Positions 62,101 through 64,000 of a stretch of 64,000 nucleotides of DNA are shown here, in pieces. Location of the stretch: positions 16,668,213 to 16,732,212 of the forward strand of contig OZ234493.1 in NCBI GenBank assembly GCA_965153455.1, read 5' to 3'. Source of the stretch: Sphagnum compactum (Eukaryota). Every line of letters begins with the position of its first letter. The first letter of the stretch is position 1. A model generated the notes under the pieces. The model saw nothing but the letters and a program-made list of their open reading frames with translations. It was not told where the DNA came from and made no database searches. A program made the translations under genes and the position numbers.

Positions 62101-64000
62101 AATACTGCCTGAATGGAAACTATGTTTTTGTTTGGCTATTTAATGTGACTTGAGTCTACAGCTTATTGAGAGAGAAAGAGGTAATTAGGGAGATGGGAGT
62201 TGTAAGCTCAACTTGACACAATTGCAGCTTCAAATCTGCAGGGGTGTGACTGTCTTGGGTACATCAAGTACTTTGATGCGCACTTCACAAACTTCCATGG
62301 CGGGGTTGAGACGGTTGAAAACTGTGTGTGCATGCATGAGGAAGACCATGGCATTATGTGGAAGCATCAGGATTGGCGAACAGGTTCAGAAGAAGTCCGG
62401 CGATCCCGCCGCCTGACTGTTTCCTTCTTCTGCACAGTTGCAAATTATGAATATGGGTTCTACTGGCATTTTTACCAGGTTGGGTGTTATCTTCCTTTTG
62501 TCCATTTCAAATAAGCTCTTGTCCTCACCTTTCACCCTGTGGTAGTCAAAAGCCAAAAGAAGCCAAAGGGTAGTAACATGGCAGTGGGTGGATGCACATG
62601 TCATTTGAGATACTTGATGTGCGTTCTATGGCAGCTCTGGTGATGATGATTTGTGCAGATTTTTCTTGCATTCACATGTGGGTCACCAAGTATGTTAGTT
62701 TCCAGGTTTTGATCTGTCACTGCTTGCAAGAAACTTTTAGCAAACTTGCCCCCAAGGCTTTCCATGACCTTCTTTCATACTTTATTCACTTGAAGAATGT
62801 CTGCTATCTCTGATTGTAGAGCCAAGTCTAGGTCCCGAGAGATTGACATTGGTTCCCATCTGCTGGTTCTCTGTGTACCCTTGTTATGGATACTGAAAGG
62901 ATCAAAAAGGGTCTTTGTGGTGTCCCTACAGCCATTGCCCATGTTTTCAGGGTTCATCCTAGAGCAAAACAGATGTGAGGAATACAAGCAAAAGTTTTTG
63001 GTCTGTTGTGCAAATCTTGTACCCCCTGCTTGACAACCCCGGCAACAAGCCATGATCACATACTCAGTGGTTAAAACTACATGTGAGGATCAAGTGTGGC
63101 AGCTGTTTTGTAGGCCAGAAGAGAATCATAGCTTGATGAAGGCCTTTAGTGTACATGAAGGAAAAAAAGGTTTGTAAGGTTTGTAGCTACGTGCAGAACT
63201 CTGTCAGAATTTTTACTATACTAAGTTGCTCATAGAAATCAAAACTGACACCTCTGTGGGTTGGTTGTGGCAGGATGGCCGAATAGAGGCAGAAGTGAAG
63301 CTGACTGGTATTCTCAGCCTGGGGGCGTTGAAAACAGATGAACATCGCCGACATGGTACTCTTATTGCACCTGGGTTGTATGCACCAGTGCACCAGCATT
63401 TCTTTGTTGCCCGGTTGGATATGGCAGTGGACTGTAAGCCAGGGGAAGGCTGGAATCAGGTACTGCCAAGATATCCTCTGGACAGATAGTAGTACTGGTA
63501 CTTTTTTTGGTAAAGTTTCTGAAACAATTCTTGTCTCAGTTCCCTGACATAGTCACCTCTGCATCATCAGGTTGTTGAAGTTAATGTAAAGGTGGAGGAG
63601 CCAGGCCCTGATAATCCCCATAACAATGCGTTCTATGCTGAGGAAACACTTCTGCGGTCAGAGCTTGAGGCTCAACGTGACTGCAACTCTCTTACTGCTC
63701 GGCATTGGCTGGTACAGCTACTTTCCATTTCACCCTCCATTACATTCTTAATCAAAGTTCTTTCTGCAAATTTTAAGAAACTTGCTTTCCAATTTCTTTT
63801 TCCAGACTTATGAAATGATTTGTGCAACACAGGTACGAAACACAAGAACATTCAATCGCACAGGACAGCTGACCGGCTATAAGCTGATGCCAGGCTCCAA
63901 TTGTCTGCCATTAGCAGGTCCTGATGCCAAGTTTCTCCGGCGAGCTGCCTTCTTGAATCACAACCTTTGGGTGACGCAGTATAACCGGGATGAGTGCTTT
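59123..64000 (+). CDS. CuAO: Copper amine oxidase, CuAO-zeta clade (3'-truncated by the window). Exons 59123-59447, 59899(or 59905)-60011, 60210-60533, 60888-61000, 61165-61318, 61508-61684, 61853-62068, 62242-62478, 63274-63459, 63571-63711, 63833->64000
   Basis: Phase-consistent splicing gives [31 protein letters not shown].., [58 protein letters not shown] (TPQ precursor Tyr) and VHQHFF (Cu ligands). No stops in the spliced frame. Confidence 0.96.
60624..60750. repeat. Intronic minisatellite, about 4.5 x 27-28 bp
   Basis: GGTCTTTTCCTGCAATC.GT.TCAGAG repeated in intron 3. Confidence 0.9.

Overview
Eukaryotic, AT-rich, repeat-dense plant genomic DNA. The repeat landscape and intron style suggest a bryophyte, probably Sphagnum (inference, not verified). 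Only one intact host gene is visible: a multi-exon copper amine oxidase of the CuAO-zeta type on the + strand (59123 to >64000). I resolved 11 exons, one GC-AG intron, and the NYEY and HQH motifs; the gene is truncated by the window end. The rest is decayed sequence: a 34-codon TPR-repeat pseudogene (1-790), a Ty3/Gypsy RT-RNaseH remnant, two CACTA-like elements, three to four hAT transposase relics, and many MITEs. Each CACTA-like element carries a tRNA-like Pol III box pair, and one also holds a 10-bp-period satellite next to an orphan ORF. One hAT relic encloses a ~3 kb coiled-coil passenger ORF. A 14-18 kb patch holds intron-retaining fragments of unrelated genes (mitochondrial ATP synthase OSCP, trehalose-6-phosphate phosphatase). 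The most unusual signal is a ~300-bp repeat in 4 copies (tandem and inverted) whose end structure matches DINE-1/Helentron-type rolling-circle non-autonomous elements. All family calls come from manual motif recognition; no searches were run.
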